Part shown: positions 59,301 through 61,720 of the stretch, piece after piece | Position numbering within the stretch: position 1 is the stretch's first letter | Layout of the letters: each line of letters starts with the position of its first letter | NCBI GenBank assembly: GCA_009103225.1 | Contig: RHPI01000772.1 | Location: 163,500 to 225,219, forward strand | Length of the DNA: 61,720 bases | Source: Chlorokybus atmophyticus | Taxonomy: Eukaryota; Plantae; Mesostigma and Chlorokybus algae | Direction of reading: 5' to 3' | Position numbers and translations under genes: made by a program | The notes under the pieces: model-generated | Databases searched by the model: none | What the model was told of the DNA's origin: nothing | Seen by the model: only the letters and a program-made list of their open reading frames with translations

Positions 59301-61720
59301 GCTATATAGGGGCTGTTCAATCGTCTTCGTCATGGGTCCTGGACTCAGGCTGCACGCGTCATCTCACCAACAACAAGAGCAAGATGGAGGACTATCAATC
59401 CCTCTCCTCCCCCATCATGGTGGAATTTGGCAACCAGGAGTTGCTGGAGGCTACTGGCAGAGGGACTGTCCATCTGCATTGCAAGGTTGGCAATGCAATG
59501 ACACACATTCTTCTCAAGGATGTTCTGTACGTCCCCAGGCTTGGCACTAGTCTGTTCTCTGTACGAGTTGCTGCCAAAAGTGGAGGAAAAGTTGTGTTCG
59601 AAGGTGATAAGGGTTACATTGTGAAGAATGACGTCACCTTGGTGGAGAGCACGCTCAAGGAAGACCTCTACCACATTAGGGAGGCTGCAACTGTCAATGA
59701 GAAGATTGACAGCCGCGCATTTGCTGCACGCGCCAAGGAAGAGACAGCTCAGCTATGGCATCGCCGTTTTTCACATTTAGGGTACGACAACCTTGCAAGG
59801 CTGGTGAAGAAGAACATGGTTCAAGGAATCAACATTAAAGCGGAGGAGTTCCATGCTCAGCAAGGTGTGTTGTGTGAAGCCTGTGTGCTTGGCAAGCAGC
59901 ATCGACAGCCCTTCCCACAATCAGCACATGTATGCACGAGGGTGTTAGAGCTGGTGCATATGGATGTCTGCGGTCCTTTGCCTGTTGCTGCCAAGGGAGA
60001 GGGAAGCCTGTACTTCTGCACCTTCCTTGACGACTATAGCAAGCTGTCTGTCATTGTGCCTTGAAGCTGAAGTCCGAAGTTGCTGGGACTGTCAAGAAGG
60101 TCCTCACTATGCTGGAGACGCAATCAAGACACAAGACAGTTACTGTTCGCACCGACAGAGGAGGCGAGTATGTCAATAACGAACTCAAAGCATACTTCAC
60201 AAGCAAAGGCCTGACCCATGAAACCACCGCACCATATACACCTCAACAAAACGGAGCTGCAGAGAGGCTCAATCGCACACTTCTGGAGAAAGTGAGAGCC
60301 ATGCTTACGGACGCTCGACTCAAAGATCACTGGTGGAAAGAAGCATTGCTGACTGCCAACTATGTCCGCAACCGATCACCAGTGCGCCTGGAAACCAAGA
60401 CACCGTGGGAGCTGTTCTATGGTCGACAGCCGGACGTGTCAATGCTGAGGGTTTGGGGCTCGCGAGCGTATGTACACGTGCCGAAACAGTTGAGGAACAA
60501 GCTGCAACCTGCCAGCAAAAAGGGAGTGTTTGTTGGCTACGAAGCCAATAGCAAAGCCTATCGCGTGCTGGTGGAGGAAACTGGCAAGATTGTTATTAGT
60601 CGTGATGTTGTTTTTGCTGAGGGAGGCACTACACCTGCTGCTGAAAACACTGTGATAAAATGCAAGGAAGACGCTCAAGCACAACCAGCTCAAGAAGGAG
60701 GCGCCTGTCAAGATTCTTCATTGACAGCCCCTACTGCCATTGACAGTCCCAACCGACAGTCCCTGCAGGCTGTCAACCTTCTGGACTGTCAACATGGAGC
60801 TGACCCCGACGCATCATCGGCAGACAGCAGCAAAACCAACACACCCAACAATGACCAGCAGCAAGAGGAGCAAGGGGGCTACAACCTGAGAGGGAGACAT
60901 CACCCACAAGGCTTCTACAAGGCTATGGTCGCAAGCGCCAACGTGGGAGGGACTGTCGAACCCACCACATATGAAGAGGCGCTCAAAGGCTCTGATGCAG
61001 AGATGTGGCAACAAGCAATGGATGAGGAGATGGCATCACTGCATGCCAACCATACCTGGACATTGGAGAAGGTACCTCATGGAGTCAAGCCTATCCCAGT
61101 CAAGTGGGTATACAAGATCAAGCGTGACGGCAATGGCAACATCGAGAGGTACAAGGCAAGGCTGGTGGCGAAGGGCTTCCTGCAACAAGAAGGTATCGAC
61201 TTCAACGAGGTCTTCGCACCTGCTAGTAAGCATGTGACGTTCCGCACCATGCTTGCTCTCGTTGTAGCTGAGGACTTGGAGTTGCATCACTTGGATGTGA
61301 AGACAGCCTTCCTTTATGGCGAACTTGAGGAGGAAATCTACATTCAGCAGCCCAAGGGCTATCAAGAGGGAGGACCGAAGACTGCTTGCAAGTTAGTGAA
61401 GGCGCTCTACGGCTTGAAGCAAGCACCCAGGGTGTGGCACATTTGTCTGAGCAAGGAGCTTGAGGGACTGGGCTTCACCGCATCCGGAGCTGACCCAGGA
61501 CTGTTCATCCACCCGAATAAGGAGGTCTGGCTTCTTGTGTATGTGGATGATATTCTCGTTGCTGCAAGGGAGATGAAGGAGGTGAGCAACGTCAAAGAGT
61601 CGCTCATGAAGACCTTCAACACTAGAAATCTGGGAGAGGCCAAGTATTTTCTTGGCATGGTAATTTCGAGGGACAGGGAGCGCAAGACTGTCAACATCAG
61701 CCAGGAGCAGATGGTGTTAA
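56381..61720 (+). mobile_element. Further overlapping fragments of the same Copia family, joined at single Ns (56380, 58362, 58723, 59085)
   Basis: Near-identical repeats of the gag, PR, IN and RT segments of 50458-54631, with domain order broken exactly at the N positions. Confidence 0.9.

Noticed and set aside
58694-60064. Novel domain order (RT start fused to gag-PR-IN) and an apparent tandem Copia array
   Set aside because: The breakpoints coincide exactly with single-N contig joins. The same applies to ORFs 52114-53169 and 53345-54631.

Overview
Eukaryotic, intron-rich and strongly transposon-dominated window. It is probably from a green alga; this is inferred from short GT/GC-AG introns, a half-tRNA Copia PBS and the style of the TE families. 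Contents: (1) a 5'-truncated Copia cut by the end of a CACAC-terminated CACTA-like element (1-4788); (2) an 11.3-kb chromodomain Ty3/Gypsy element (5858-17134, TSD CTGGC) with five nested Copia-type pieces. It lacks RT/RNaseH, carries a degenerate N6-adenine-methyltransferase-like segment between gag and protease, and splits a coiled-coil + KEN/HEPN-like (RNADAH) host ORF; (3) a minus-strand CACTA transposase pseudogene (~17.7-24.9 kb) interrupted by a 2-kb non-autonomous relative with a perfect 16-bp TIR and 3-bp TSD; (4) one apparently intact multi-exon host gene (28389-35964, minus) encoding signal peptide, GGAI/FxxN beta-helix repeats, a Cys-rich region and a multi-TM C-terminus; (5) AT-rich intergenic DNA with unassigned coding-like remnants; (6) a second Gypsy remnant preceded by five back-to-back hairpins; (7) a Copia cluster from 50.4 kb that is scrambled at single-N contig joins, plus further CACTA transposase fragments. 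The most unusual signal is a 7-mer, GACAGYC/GRCTGTC, densely clustered in unrelated CACTA and Copia elements but near background in the host gene. No rRNA, tRNA or CRISPR array is supported.
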